Both the position numbers and the translations under genes were made by a program. DNA of 64,000 nt, from NCBI GenBank assembly GCA_965227295.1, contig OZ245742.1, positions 3,584,001 to 3,648,000 on the forward strand, read 5' to 3'. Below are positions 28,602-38,320 of the stretch, piece after piece (position 1 is the first letter of the stretch; each line of letters starts with the position of its first letter). Below the pieces are notes generated by a model. That model made no database searches and was not told where the DNA came from. It worked only from the letters and a program-made list of their open reading frames with translations. This DNA is from Leptonemataceae bacterium. Its GTDB lineage: Bacteria; Spirochaetota; Leptospiria; Leptospirales; Leptonemataceae.

Positions 28602-28645
28602 ACTCCGAGGATCAAGGTACAACTGGGTACCTCGGTCCTCGGAGT
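28602..28645. repeat. Short palindrome E5 (collapsed member of the same family)
   Basis: ACTCCGAGGATCAAGGTAC / GTACCTCGGTCCTCGGAGT, 17/19 nt, 6-nt loop. Confidence 0.85.
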
Positions 28646-28693
28646 TCATCTTAAAGTGATTTACGTCGCCCGCCGCCGAACTACATTGCGGCG

Positions 28694-29656
28694 ATGCGTC
28701 CTCGAATCTTCCTGCCGTTCCTGATCCTCGCATCCCTCCACTGCGCGCTTATGTACTCCGATCGCGGCAAGTGGCTCAACCCCGCGTTCATTCCACATAC
28801 CGGCAAACACGGCGCCTTCGCCGAAGTCCTCATGTCGTACGAAAGCCGGGCCTCCTGGGTTCCCTGGAATACTACGGCGGTGAGCCGGAACTATCAAACG
28901 ACCATCTGGATGACTCCGTTGCGCGCGACGGGTGCTAAACCACAACTCGGCGAACGTTACGCCCTGGCGCAGTACGACGGCTGGACCTTGAATACCTCGC
29001 TCTACGCCGCGCACTCGGCTCTGAGCCAGGGCGATGCCGACTTCCTCGTGGCTCTGCGCGGCACGGATGATTCGCCGGGCGGAGAGCAGCGCGAGGTTGT
29101 TTTTATTCCGCTCACGGCATCGGTGGAGGATGCGGCTTTACCGGTCGACCCCTCGTTTACTCACCAGGCCGCCGCGGGCGAGTACCTTCTCGCGGCGATT
29201 CCAGCCCCGGGACAGCCGGTCATTGCGGTCTTTCTCACGCGTTCCACGCTCGATGATCGCGAGGGCAAGCTCCTCCTCGATTTTCGCGAACTGAACGATC
29301 ACGGGACGGAGAGCATTCGCCGCCTGGAGATAGACTGGGAAGGCGATCCCGGAATGCCGGATGTGGCCTGGTCCCGGGACGGGCGGCGCATCTTCCTGAA
29401 ATTGTACCGGAACATCGTGGTCGTGGAGCTGAACGCCGGCGGGGCCCGACCGGCGCGGAGCTTTCCGCAGTGCTTCTATCCGACGGCCTCGGGCAAAGAC
29501 ATCAGCGACGACGGCTGGCAGCTCCTCCGTGGCGGCTATGACCCGGGCGAGCCCGAAGCGGTCCGCTACAATCTGGCGCGCGTGGACGGATGGCGGTCCT
29601 TTGAAAAGGTTGCGATGATATCCGACGTCGATCAAATCGGTTATGGCTGCCGATAG
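28694..29656 (+). CDS. Hypothetical lipoprotein
   Basis: Spirochaetal lipobox SLHC; WSRDG (PD40/propeller-like) motif. Confidence 0.7.
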   Translation: MRPRIFLPFLILASLHCALMYSDRGKWLNPAFIPHTGKHGAFAEVLMSYESRASWVPWNTTAVSRNYQTTIWMTPLRATGAKPQLGERYALAQYDGWTLNTSLYAAHSALSQGDADFLVALRGTDDSPGGEQREVVFIPLTASVEDAALPVDPSFTHQAAAGEYLLAAIPAPGQPVIAVFLTRSTLDDREGKLLLDFRELNDHGTESIRRLEIDWEGDPGMPDVAWSRDGRRIFLKLYRNIVVVELNAGGARPARSFPQCFYPTASGKDISDDGWQLLRGGYDPGEPEAVRYNLARVDGWRSFEKVAMISDVDQIGYGCR

Positions 29657-30086
29657 CGAAGATCGCTACGCACAGCTTTCGGGCAACCTGCGCCGGGATC
29701 TGGGGGTGGAGCATCGCTATGATCCGCCGATCGTGCTTGCTCCGGACCCCTCCCTGGAAGCCGGGGCCCGTCGGGCCTTCACGGCCATGCTGCCGCATCC
29801 TCCCAACGGGGACGCGGAAGATCAGGCCTTCTTCTACAAATTGAAAGATGGCCGCATCGCCGCTTACTTTAATCGCTGCACGCATGTCTCCATTCCGATG
29901 GACTTCGATGATGGGGAATTCCTGGACAGAGACGGCTTCATCATTTGTCGTCTGCATGGGGCTCGCTACGAACTCGAAACCGGACTGCGCTGTCTGGGCC
30001 CGGCGCCCACAAATCTTACCCGCATTGTCTGTGAAGAAGGCGACGACGGTCGTCTAATCGTCTACGGTTGGGAAAAGGTCCGCTGA
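29643..30086 (+). CDS. Rieske 2Fe-2S domain protein
   Basis: NRCTH ... CRLHGARY...TG....GP. Confidence 0.9.
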   Translation: MAADSEDRYAQLSGNLRRDLGVEHRYDPPIVLAPDPSLEAGARRAFTAMLPHPPNGDAEDQAFFYKLKDGRIAAYFNRCTHVSIPMDFDDGEFLDRDGFIICRLHGARYELETGLRCLGPAPTNLTRIVCEEGDDGRLIVYGWEKVR

Positions 30087-30104
30087 AGTCGGACGGAGGA
30101 TTGT

Positions 30105-32849
30105 ATGATTTTATCCGGAGAAAACGCCGCTCTACTCGAAGAAATCTACGCGCGCTTCCTGGAGGATCCGCGCTCGGTAGAGCCGGAGTGGGCCCGTTAC
30201 TTCAGCGAACTGGAAACCGGCAACGGGGCCGCGGCGCCTTCCACGGGAAACGGTCGCCGGCCGGCGATGATGCCGCAGCCGGGCTCCGCCTCCGACGCGG
30301 GCTATGCGCAGCAGGTGTCCGTGCGCAATCTCATTGCTTCGTACCGGCGATTCGGTCATCTCGCCGCGAACCTCGACCCGCTGGGCCTTGCGGAACGTCA
30401 GCGGGACCTCTTGCAACTTTCCCTCTACGGCCTGGATGAGGGGGATCGTAACTCCAGCTTCGTCACCGACGTGCAAACATTACGTTCGGCAAAGTTAAAG
30501 GACATTATCGATCATTACGAACGATCCTACTGCGGCACCATCGGCTTTGAATTCGAGTACATTCGCAATACCGAGGAGCGTGACTGGTTGGAGCGCACCG
30601 TGGAGTCGGCCGAATTCTGGGAGCCGCTGGAAACCGGAGTGAAACTGCGCCTCTTCGAGAAACTCTTCCAGGCGGAGTACTTCGAGAAATTTCTGGCGCA
30701 GAAGTACGTCGGTAAGAAGCGATTCTCCATCGAAGGCGTCGAGTCCATGATCCCGTTGATGGATACGATGATCGAAGAAGCCGGGGCCCAGGAAATCGAG
30801 GGGATCGTCATCGGCATGGCGCACCGCGGTCGATTGAACGTGCTCGTAAACATCATGGAGAAACCGGCCGGGGTGATCTTCGCGGAGTTCGAAGAAAAGT
30901 ACAATCCCGAGACCATGGACTACGCCGATGTGAAGTACCACCTCGGCCACTCATTCCCGAAAATGACGCGCTCCCAGAACGAGGTCCATCTTTCGTTAGC
31001 TTTTAATCCGTCGCACTTAGAAGCCGTGGATCCGGTGGTCATGGGTTCCGTGCGCGCCCGTCAGGCCCTGCGTGGAGATTACGAGCGCCGTCGGGTCATG
31101 CCTGTCATGATCCACGGTGACGCCGCGTTCATGGGGCAGGGCGTCGTCGCTGAAACGCTGAACCTGTGCAATCTCGACGGCTATACGGTCGGCGGGTCTT
31201 TTCACATCATCGCCAACAACCAGATCGGTTTTACGACGCTGCCGCCGGAGTCACGTTCCACGGAGTACGCCTCGGATCTCGCCAAGGGCTTCCAGATACC
31301 GATCTTCCACGTGAACGCCGACGATCCGGAGGCGGTTTTCCGGGCGACGCGCCTGGCCATGGACTATCGCGCGCGTTTTCAGAAAGACGTCATCGTGGAC
31401 CTCATCGGCTATCGTCGCCTGGGCCACAACGAAACCGACGAGCCGGCCTTCACCCAGCCGCTCATGTACGATACGATCAAGAAACATAAGACGTCCGCTA
31501 AGATCTACGAAGAAAAACTTACGGCAGACACGGACGTGGCCGACGAGGACCTGGAGTTCATCATCAACGGATCGAAGTCCGGACTGGAGGCCTCGTTTCA
31601 GCGCGCCCGGGAACGCGATACGAAGATGCGGGTCGATACCATGCGCGGTCGCTGGGCGGATTTTTCCATGGAGTCCCTGGATTCGCAGCCGCAGACGAAG
31701 CTTCTGGCCGAACAACTGGAACGGGTCTACCGGACTCTCTCCACGGTACCGGACGACTTCCATCTGCATTCGAAGCTGAAGCGACTCCTGGACAACCGGC
31801 AGAAGATGTGGTCCGGCGAGACTTTGATCGATTGGGGGTTCGCCGAGGCCCTGGCTTACGGCTCCATCCTGGAAAACGGCTTCAACATTCGCATGTCCGG
31901 CCAGGACGCGAAACGCGGCACGTTCTCTCATCGGCACGCGGTCTTCGTGGATACGGAGGATGGCCACGAGTACGTGCAATTGAATCACATCTCGGACAAC
32001 CAGGGCCAACTGGAAATTGTAAACTCGCCGCTCTCGGAGTACGCGGTGCTGGGCTTCGAATTCGGCTACTCCCTCGCCGATCCGAAGTCCCTGGTCATCT
32101 GGGAGGCGCAGTTCGGAGATTTCGTAAACAGCGCGCAGATCATGATCGATCAGTTCATCTCCAGTTCCGAAACAAAGTGGCGACGCATGAGCGGTCTCGT
32201 AATGCTGCTCCCCCACGGATACGAGGGCCAGGGGCCGGAGCACAGCTCGGCGCGCCTGGAAAGATTTCTACAGCTTTGTTCCCAGGAAAACATGCAGGTC
32301 TGCAACTGCACTACGCCGGCGCAGTTCTTTCATCTCATTCGCCGCCAGCATTTGCGCCGCTACCGCAAGCCGTTGATCGTAATGTCTCCCAAAAGTTTGT
32401 TACGCCTGGCCGACGCCGGTAGCACGCTGGAAGATCTCGGGAAGGGCATCTTTCGTGAAGTCCTGCACGACCACCACATCGATGCAGCGCAGGTCAAACG
32501 CGTCCTCTTTTGTTCGGGGAAGGTCTTCTACGATCTGCGCAACGAACGCAACGAAAAGAAGCGCACCGACGTGGCCATCGTTCGCGTGGAGCAGTTGTAC
32601 CCGTTTCCCGCGGACGACGTGAAGGGCGCCATCCAGAACTACAAGAACGCAAAAGATTTTCTCTGGGTCCAGGAGGAGCCGCAAAACCAGGGCGCCTGGT
32701 ATTACATCCGGGATCGCCTGCACGCGCAGTTACCGGGCAACGCGAAGTTCGAATGCGTCGCCCGTCCCGAATCCTCCAGCCCCGCCGCGGGACTCGTTAC
32801 GTTGCACAAGGCGGAACTGGAAACGCTGCTCAAGGATGCACTGGGTTAA
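30105..32849 (+). CDS. sucA: 2-oxoglutarate dehydrogenase E1 component
   Basis: KRFSIEG, GMAHRGRLN, HGDAAF, WEAQFGDF and LLPHGYEGQGPEHSSAR motifs. Confidence 0.98.
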   Translation: MILSGENAALLEEIYARFLEDPRSVEPEWARYFSELETGNGAAAPSTGNGRRPAMMPQPGSASDAGYAQQVSVRNLIASYRRFGHLAANLDPLGLAERQRDLLQLSLYGLDEGDRNSSFVTDVQTLRSAKLKDIIDHYERSYCGTIGFEFEYIRNTEERDWLERTVESAEFWEPLETGVKLRLFEKLFQAEYFEKFLAQKYVGKKRFSIEGVESMIPLMDTMIEEAGAQEIEGIVIGMAHRGRLNVLVNIMEKPAGVIFAEFEEKYNPETMDYADVKYHLGHSFPKMTRSQNEVHLSLAFNPSHLEAVDPVVMGSVRARQALRGDYERRRVMPVMIHGDAAFMGQGVVAETLNLCNLDGYTVGGSFHIIANNQIGFTTLPPESRSTEYASDLAKGFQIPIFHVNADDPEAVFRATRLAMDYRARFQKDVIVDLIGYRRLGHNETDEPAFTQPLMYDTIKKHKTSAKIYEEKLTADTDVADEDLEFIINGSKSGLEASFQRARERDTKMRVDTMRGRWADFSMESLDSQPQTKLLAEQLERVYRTLSTVPDDFHLHSKLKRLLDNRQKMWSGETLIDWGFAEALAYGSILENGFNIRMSGQDAKRGTFSHRHAVFVDTEDGHEYVQLNHISDNQGQLEIVNSPLSEYAVLGFEFGYSLADPKSLVIWEAQFGDFVNSAQIMIDQFISSSETKWRRMSGLVMLLPHGYEGQGPEHSSARLERFLQLCSQENMQVCNCTTPAQFFHLIRRQHLRRYRKPLIVMSPKSLLRLADAGSTLEDLGKGIFREVLHDHHIDAAQVKRVLFCSGKVFYDLRNERNEKKRTDVAIVRVEQLYPFPADDVKGAIQNYKNAKDFLWVQEEPQNQGAWYYIRDRLHAQLPGNAKFECVARPESSSPAAGLVTLHKAELETLLKDALG

Positions 32850-32863
32850 TATAGTAAGAAGAC

Positions 32864-33910
32864 ATGGGGCTGCGTGTGTACATCTCGACGGCGGGGCGTG
32901 CGTGCGTCGTGTGCCTCGCTGTCTGCGTGCATTCGCACTGTTTCTACGCCCATCCGCTGACGGGCATCACCGGCGATGATTCCGGCGGCGACGATCTTTC
33001 CGCCCTGGCATTGCTCGCGGCGGCCGCCGCCGTGCCCGTCGCCGTGAGCGCCGGCGAGAGCGGCACGGACACAACGGACGGCAGCGGCAGCACCACGACT
33101 CCGTACATCTACGTCGGTGACACCGGCAACGGCGTCCTGTATCGCTTCGAAGATCTCAGCGGCACGAATCAAGTCGAGTCCACCGGCGGCAGCGGCAATC
33201 CCTTCGCTACGAACATCGGCGGCATTACGACGGACAAGGACGGCCGCATCTACGTCATCGCCAACAACCGGCTGTATCGCATGGACGATATGAACGCCAC
33301 GAACCGCGTGGACTACGACGGCGGGGCGATGCCGTTCCTGGCGCCGCGGGACGTGCATGTGGACAGCTCCGGTCGCATCTACGTCACCGATAACAACCGT
33401 GACATCGTCTATCAGTTCGACGATATGAGCGGCACGAACCAGATGACCAGCATTGCCGCACTCAGCAATCCCCAGGGTGTGGTGACGGACTCCCTCGGGT
33501 TGATCTACGTCAGCGATTCGGCCTTCAATCAGATCTTTCGTCTGAACGATATCAACGACTCAACGCCCATGTCGTACAACGGCAGTATGGGCACGAACTT
33601 CAGTAGCCCGTTCGATCTGGACATTGACAGCAGCGATCGCATCTACGTGGCCTGCCTGGGCAACGGTCGCATCTATCGCTTCGACGACATTAGCGGCGCG
33701 GGGCACACAGAGTTCAACGCCGGCACTCTCACCACGCCGGCCACGAGTCCGCGCGGTCTGTCCGTCGACGGCAACGGCCGCATTTTGTTTACGGACTTTG
33801 CTCCGGATCTAGTCTATCGCCTCGATGGTATTGGCGGTACCGGCGCTACCGAATACAACGGTAGCGTGACGACGAACTTTATGCAGCCGTTGTACATGCA
33901 TGCGGAATGA
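32864..33910 (+). CDS. NHL-repeat beta-propeller lipoprotein
   Basis: Six repeats of P..(L/V).(V/I)D..GRIYV.D..N..IYR.DD; HSHC lipobox-like. Confidence 0.82.
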   Translation: MGLRVYISTAGRACVVCLAVCVHSHCFYAHPLTGITGDDSGGDDLSALALLAAAAAVPVAVSAGESGTDTTDGSGSTTTPYIYVGDTGNGVLYRFEDLSGTNQVESTGGSGNPFATNIGGITTDKDGRIYVIANNRLYRMDDMNATNRVDYDGGAMPFLAPRDVHVDSSGRIYVTDNNRDIVYQFDDMSGTNQMTSIAALSNPQGVVTDSLGLIYVSDSAFNQIFRLNDINDSTPMSYNGSMGTNFSSPFDLDIDSSDRIYVACLGNGRIYRFDDISGAGHTEFNAGTLTTPATSPRGLSVDGNGRILFTDFAPDLVYRLDGIGGTGATEYNGSVTTNFMQPLYMHAE

Positions 33911-35018
33911 GATGATTTGCCGGCGGTAGACGTCTCACGAGCTCATACATCTCTCGATCGCATTGTCTCATGTATAACAGGAAGATCGAAGGACGCGCGA
34001 GGATTGGTTCATCTGGGGAGGTCGAACGCAGGATAACAGCCAATTCTGACACGACTCTCTGTACTTGACGTAGTGTCGGACTAAACACCCTTGTCCAATG
34101 GTCCATGGCATCAGGCAGAGTATCCATCTGCCTGTGGCCGAATCTAAAGCCATGCCGCGTATATAATTCTCGGAGGAATATGTCTGTCTGTGACGGCGGC
34201 AGCAGATAATCAAAATCAATGAACCGCATCAAGTACCCGTCCACATTCATCCCCGTGCCGTATACCGATCGAATCGAATGCCCCAACTGCTCTTTATCCA
34301 GCGCCAGCACAAACACGATCCCAGGAATCGCAAACAGATGCTTTGCCTTTTCCAGCACTTCAATAGCGTAATTCGGCCGGCAGCGATCCAGCTCATCGAT
34401 AAAAAACACCAGCGGATTAGAGTTGCCTTTGATCGATTGCACGAACTCCACGAATTCCTGTAAGGATTTCTTGAATTCCTGGAATGCTTCCTTCGATTTC
34501 TCGTAATCATCAAACAGTTCTTCGACATACTCCGCGCCGGCATCTCCGACCGCGGAACCCACCGCATCGTCCAGGTCTTTGTCGGGAATGTTGATCAACC
34601 CGCTCGATAATATGCGGATCAGGGCCGGCAGCCCGCGTTTGATGAGCTTGCCCCCATGCTTGCGAAGGAGCCCCAGGGATTGTCGGGCTTTCTCCTGCAC
34701 GGCATCGTCACGGCCCCGGAGCTCCGCCATGGCCGCCTCGATTTCCGAAATCAAAGCCACCAGCGCATCATCCGTGAAATCACTCTCCCACGCGTTGAAA
34801 TACAACGTCGGAAAACCCTCCAGCTTAAGGTGCGCGTTCCACATCTTAATGAACGTGGATTTGCCCGTACCCCAGGGCGAATCAATTGCCAGCACGGCGC
34901 TGGCTTCGAGGGATTGCACAAACGTCGTCAGAATCTCCGCACTTTCCCTGCGATCCAGTGCGTCGTTTCCAAATGGATCATCCGGATCAATCTCCAACGG
35001 TTCTACTTTCAGGCGCAT
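33879..35018 (-). CDS. KAP family P-loop NTPase
   Basis: DSPWGTGKST Walker A, YFNAWESD, FFIDELDRCRP, LEKAKH and YLMRFID motifs. Confidence 0.92.
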   Translation of the reverse strand: MRLKVEPLEIDPDDPFGNDALDRRESAEILTTFVQSLEASAVLAIDSPWGTGKSTFIKMWNAHLKLEGFPTLYFNAWESDFTDDALVALISEIEAAMAELRGRDDAVQEKARQSLGLLRKHGGKLIKRGLPALIRILSSGLINIPDKDLDDAVGSAVGDAGAEYVEELFDDYEKSKEAFQEFKKSLQEFVEFVQSIKGNSNPLVFFIDELDRCRPNYAIEVLEKAKHLFAIPGIVFVLALDKEQLGHSIRSVYGTGMNVDGYLMRFIDFDYLLPPSQTDIFLRELYTRHGFRFGHRQMDTLPDAMDHWTRVFSPTLRQVQRVVSELAVILRSTSPDEPILARPSIFLLYMRQCDREMYELVRRLPPANHLIPHACTTAA

Positions 35019-35186
35019 GATGAATGACTGAAACGAACTGTGAATCTGTCAACACCGTAGCAAAGCCGGGGCATCGCCCGATCCAGAGTCGCACAATGAG
35101 CGTCCGGGCCGAAGAGAGGCATTCTCAGCAAAACGACATGCCGCAACTCCCGCCAGCCGTAGCCAGAAAAACGGCGCACCCGACCA

Positions 35187-35708
35187 TCATTCTGAAATGC
35201 GATGCACGTTTGCGGCGCCGTGTTCGTACACCAACTTCCCGCCCAGATGCGCGGTATACGCGCACCAGCCGAGCAGTAAGATCTGCACAAATACAGTTAA
35301 GACCCGCAGGGCCAGGCGTCCCGTGTCGTGTTTGAACTTCAGCGCCAGAGCGGCCAGGAAGAACGAGGCGATGGTGCCCACGAGCAGCGTGGAGGCCGCT
35401 TCCTCGTGCTCTTCGACGTGCTGGAGGATGTTCGGTTCGATGCCGGCCCGCTGTAGTTTCGTGGTGTCCACGGAATCCCGGGCCAGGGCGCCCAGGCGAT
35501 CCTCGTCGATCTCGCCCGTGGCCATGGCCGCGTAGATCAACGCGGCCTGAAAAAATTGCCAGGCGAGGACGACCGCCCAGATTTTCCGATCCACCGCCTG
35601 GCCGGACTTACGGGAGACGAGCAGGGCGCCCAGACCGACCAGAGGGGCGAACAGTGCGAACGCAATAGGCAGATGCACGACGGCGGGATGCAGTGGTAAA
35701 TCGAACAT
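35187..35708 (-). CDS. DUF2231-like membrane protein
   Basis: PLHPAVVHLPIA, ATG, HEE and AHLGGKLVY.HG motifs; real start is ATG 35708 inside the longer ORF. Confidence 0.8.
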   Translation of the reverse strand: MFDLPLHPAVVHLPIAFALFAPLVGLGALLVSRKSGQAVDRKIWAVVLAWQFFQAALIYAAMATGEIDEDRLGALARDSVDTTKLQRAGIEPNILQHVEEHEEAASTLLVGTIASFFLAALALKFKHDTGRLALRVLTVFVQILLLGWCAYTAHLGGKLVYEHGAANVHRISE

Positions 35709-35750
35709 TTTGCATTTGACAGGTCGGCCGTCACCGGGCCCACTCACCGA

Positions 35751-36212
35751 ATGAAAGCAACGTTCCGTACAAGCCTGTTGATTGCAATCGCCCTTTTCGT
35801 ATCCACCCCGCTTTTCGCGCAGAAGACTCCCGACCAGTACATCCAGGATCTGAACTCCGACGATCCCGTGGTCCAGATGGAAGCCTGCCGCGCCCTGGGC
35901 ATCGCTGAAGAGAAAAAGGCCGTGGGTCCCCTGACGCAGCTCATGGAAAGCGCCCCGGACAAACATGTCGCCGCCTCCGCCGCTGCGGCCCTCGGCGCCA
36001 TCGGCGATAAGTCCGCCGCCCCGGCCGTGGTTCGCACCGCCAACCAGAGCGACGACGACGTCGTGAAGTATGCCGCCCTCCTGGCCGCCGCCGCACTGAA
36101 AGACGACGGCAACAAAGCGGACGCCGTGGCCGCCGCCGAAAAAATGGAAGGCTCCAACGACGAACTCCTGAGCGACCTGGCCCTCAAAATCAAAGCCGTC
36201 CTTCAGAAGTAA
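35751..36212 (+). CDS. Exported HEAT-repeat protein
   Basis: Signal peptide; ACRALG and AAAALGAIGDKSA repeats. Confidence 0.8.
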   Translation: MKATFRTSLLIAIALFVSTPLFAQKTPDQYIQDLNSDDPVVQMEACRALGIAEEKKAVGPLTQLMESAPDKHVAASAAAALGAIGDKSAAPAVVRTANQSDDDVVKYAALLAAAALKDDGNKADAVAAAEKMEGSNDELLSDLALKIKAVLQK

Positions 36213-36240
36213 GTCGTCACTCCCAGACAACGAGGCCGTT

Positions 36241-37029
36241 CTGCTTCGCCGGGAAGAACTCAGCCGCTACTCGCGGAACATCTTCCTTGAGGAGATCGGC
36301 CGCGCGGGACAGGAACGTCTCAAGGCGTCCCGGGTCTTTGTCATCGGTGCCGGAGGCCTCGGGTCTCCGGCATTGTTGTACCTGGCTGCCGCCGGGGTCG
36401 GTCACATCAGCGTCATCGACGATGATCGTCTCGACCTCACGAACCTCCAGCGCCAGGTCCTCTACAGCAGCGCTGATGTGGGTGAGGCCAAGGCCGTCGC
36501 GGCGGCCCGGCATTTGATCGAGCTGAACCCCGAAATCGAAGTCCAGCCCATTGCCGACCGCCTGGACGCGAACAACGCCGCCGCTTATCTGCGCGGCCAC
36601 GACCTCATCCTTGAAACCTCCGATAATTTCGGGACCAAGTTCCTGGCGAACGATGCCGCCGTACTTCTGGGCATTCCGCTCATTCTCGGCGGCATTCTGC
36701 GTTTTGAGGGGCAGGTTCTGGCGCTCCGGCCGGGAGAGTCGGCGTGTTATCGCTGCCTGTTTCATGAACCGCCGCCGGCGGACGTCGTGCCCAATTGCGC
36801 CCAGGCCGGCGTGCTTGGCGCCACCGCCGGAGTCATCGGTTCGCTCCAGGCCGCGGAAGCCCTGAAGATCCTGAGCGGGGCGGCCGCGCCACCCTACGGT
36901 GAGCTCGTTACGCTGCATCTGCTGGACACCCGGATGCGACGGATTCCATTGCCGCGGCGTGCGGATTGTCCCGTATGCGGGGAGAATCCCACGATTCGTC
37001 ATCTCGTGCCGGAAAATTACGGACACTGA
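36241..37029 (+). CDS. moeB: MoeB/ThiF family adenylyltransferase (probable CTG start)
   Basis: RYSR, GQERL and VIGAGGLGS lie upstream of the tracked ORF in the same frame; NLQRQ, CYRC and CPVC motifs. Confidence 0.88.
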   Translation: MLRREELSRYSRNIFLEEIGRAGQERLKASRVFVIGAGGLGSPALLYLAAAGVGHISVIDDDRLDLTNLQRQVLYSSADVGEAKAVAAARHLIELNPEIEVQPIADRLDANNAAAYLRGHDLILETSDNFGTKFLANDAAVLLGIPLILGGILRFEGQVLALRPGESACYRCLFHEPPPADVVPNCAQAGVLGATAGVIGSLQAAEALKILSGAAAPPYGELVTLHLLDTRMRRIPLPRRADCPVCGENPTIRHLVPENYGH

Positions 37030-37100
37030 CAGCCGTGATTTTTTCATGCCGAAATAGCATTGCAAGATGCAGCAAAACCTGATACTTCAGCAGGGGTCGT

Positions 37101-37304
37101 ATGGCACACAGGCAGGAAGAAGCCGACGAAATTGACGAAATCGAAGACGATATTGACGAGGACTGGTCCGCCGACGAGGACATCGAAGGCGTAAGCTATG
37201 TCTGCGAGGATTGTGACTATCGCTGGGAAGACAGCGGTATGGACGAAGTCGAAGGCAGCATCGTCTGCCCCATGTGCGGTAGTATTAACGTAACCCAGTT
37301 GTAA
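37101..37304 (+). CDS. Small acidic zinc-ribbon protein
   Basis: CEDC...CPMCGS. Confidence 0.75.
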   Translation: MAHRQEEADEIDEIEDDIDEDWSADEDIEGVSYVCEDCDYRWEDSGMDEVEGSIVCPMCGSINVTQL

Positions 37305-37307
37305 GCC

Positions 37308-37547
37308 TTGATACCGGTCCGACTGACACTCCTCCTTTTATTATTCATCGTGCTGATGTTGCTCGTTCTGGGCAATCCGGCACCGGTGCAGTTGAACTTC
37401 ATTTTCTACAGCGCGCGTTTCGAACTCTACAAGGTCATCATCGGCTCCATGGTTCTCGGAATTCTCGGAACGCTGATTTACACCGGACATGCCCGATCCT
37501 TTCTGCGGTTTAGGGGGCGGCGGGATAACTTCGGCCGCCGCCGCTGA
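37308..37547 (+). CDS. LapA-family small membrane protein
   Basis: TM-N.APVQLNF-TM pattern. Confidence 0.7.
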   Translation: MIPVRLTLLLLLFIVLMLLVLGNPAPVQLNFIFYSARFELYKVIIGSMVLGILGTLIYTGHARSFLRFRGRRDNFGRRR

Positions 37548-37559
37548 GCGAGAACGGTC

Positions 37560-38216
37560 CTGGATTCCTTACGCATTCAAAAGGGTCGTTACGGTGGCCG
37601 CAAGATCAAAGCGCCCCCCGCGGTCAGCGGGAATTCTCATCTTACCTTGAGCCTGGTCAAAGAGGCGGTCTTTCAGATCCTTGCCGGTCGACTGGCAAGC
37701 GGTGCCGACGACGACTTCAGCGAAAGCGGCTGCGCCTTCTTTGATGTCTGTGCCGGTTCCGGGCAGATGGGCTTCGAGGCGCTCAGTCGCGGTTTTGCTC
37801 CCGTACATCTTACAGAAGTGGACGGTGGTCGCCTGCGCCATCTCATCAGTGAAGCGAAGCGCGGAGATTACGGCCTGGAAATCCATCGCCGGGACTTTCG
37901 CCGCACGGCCCCGCTGATTCTGACCGAGGCGCGGAGCGTGGTCTTCGTGGATCCGCCGTACAGCTTCTGGAACCGCGGTCGTTCAGAAGCCGTGGACCGA
38001 TTGCTCTATAATCTACGCCATCCTTCCGAAGAAGTGCGCGAGCGCATGCCGACGAGCGTTGACGTGCACTTCGTCGTGCATGGTCCCGACGAGTACGAGC
38101 CGTCACCGGAGGTCCTGCCGGACGATGAAACAGCCCTGCTCCATGTGTCCGATCTGGAACGCCGGGACTATCGTCGCCAGCGCCTGGTATTTCTCAGACT
38201 AAGGACGAACTTGTAA
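37560..38216 (+). CDS. rsmD: RsmD-family methyltransferase (probable CTG start)
   Basis: LRIQKGRYGGRKI upstream in frame; VKEAVF, DVCAGSG.MGFEALSRG and DPPY motifs. Confidence 0.82.
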   Translation: MDSLRIQKGRYGGRKIKAPPAVSGNSHLTLSLVKEAVFQILAGRLASGADDDFSESGCAFFDVCAGSGQMGFEALSRGFAPVHLTEVDGGRLRHLISEAKRGDYGLEIHRRDFRRTAPLILTEARSVVFVDPPYSFWNRGRSEAVDRLLYNLRHPSEEVRERMPTSVDVHFVVHGPDEYEPSPEVLPDDETALLHVSDLERRDYRRQRLVFLRLRTNL

Positions 38217-38320
38217 CACAGTTGACGTTTGCGCGGCGCACAAAAATCATGACGCGGCGCGCCCCGGTCGTCACTTTCGTGTCGCCCCCGTTCACTTCAC
38301 ACTCTTACGCCGATTCAAAA

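Noticed and set aside
26521..28645. Integron cassette array
   Set aside because: The palindromes lack clear RYYYAAC/GTTRRRY attC ends, no integrase is present, and each gene has its own long upstream region.
35709..36230. N-terminal half of the 347-aa minus ORF
   Set aside because: Antisense to the HEAT-repeat gene; the real membrane protein starts at 35708.
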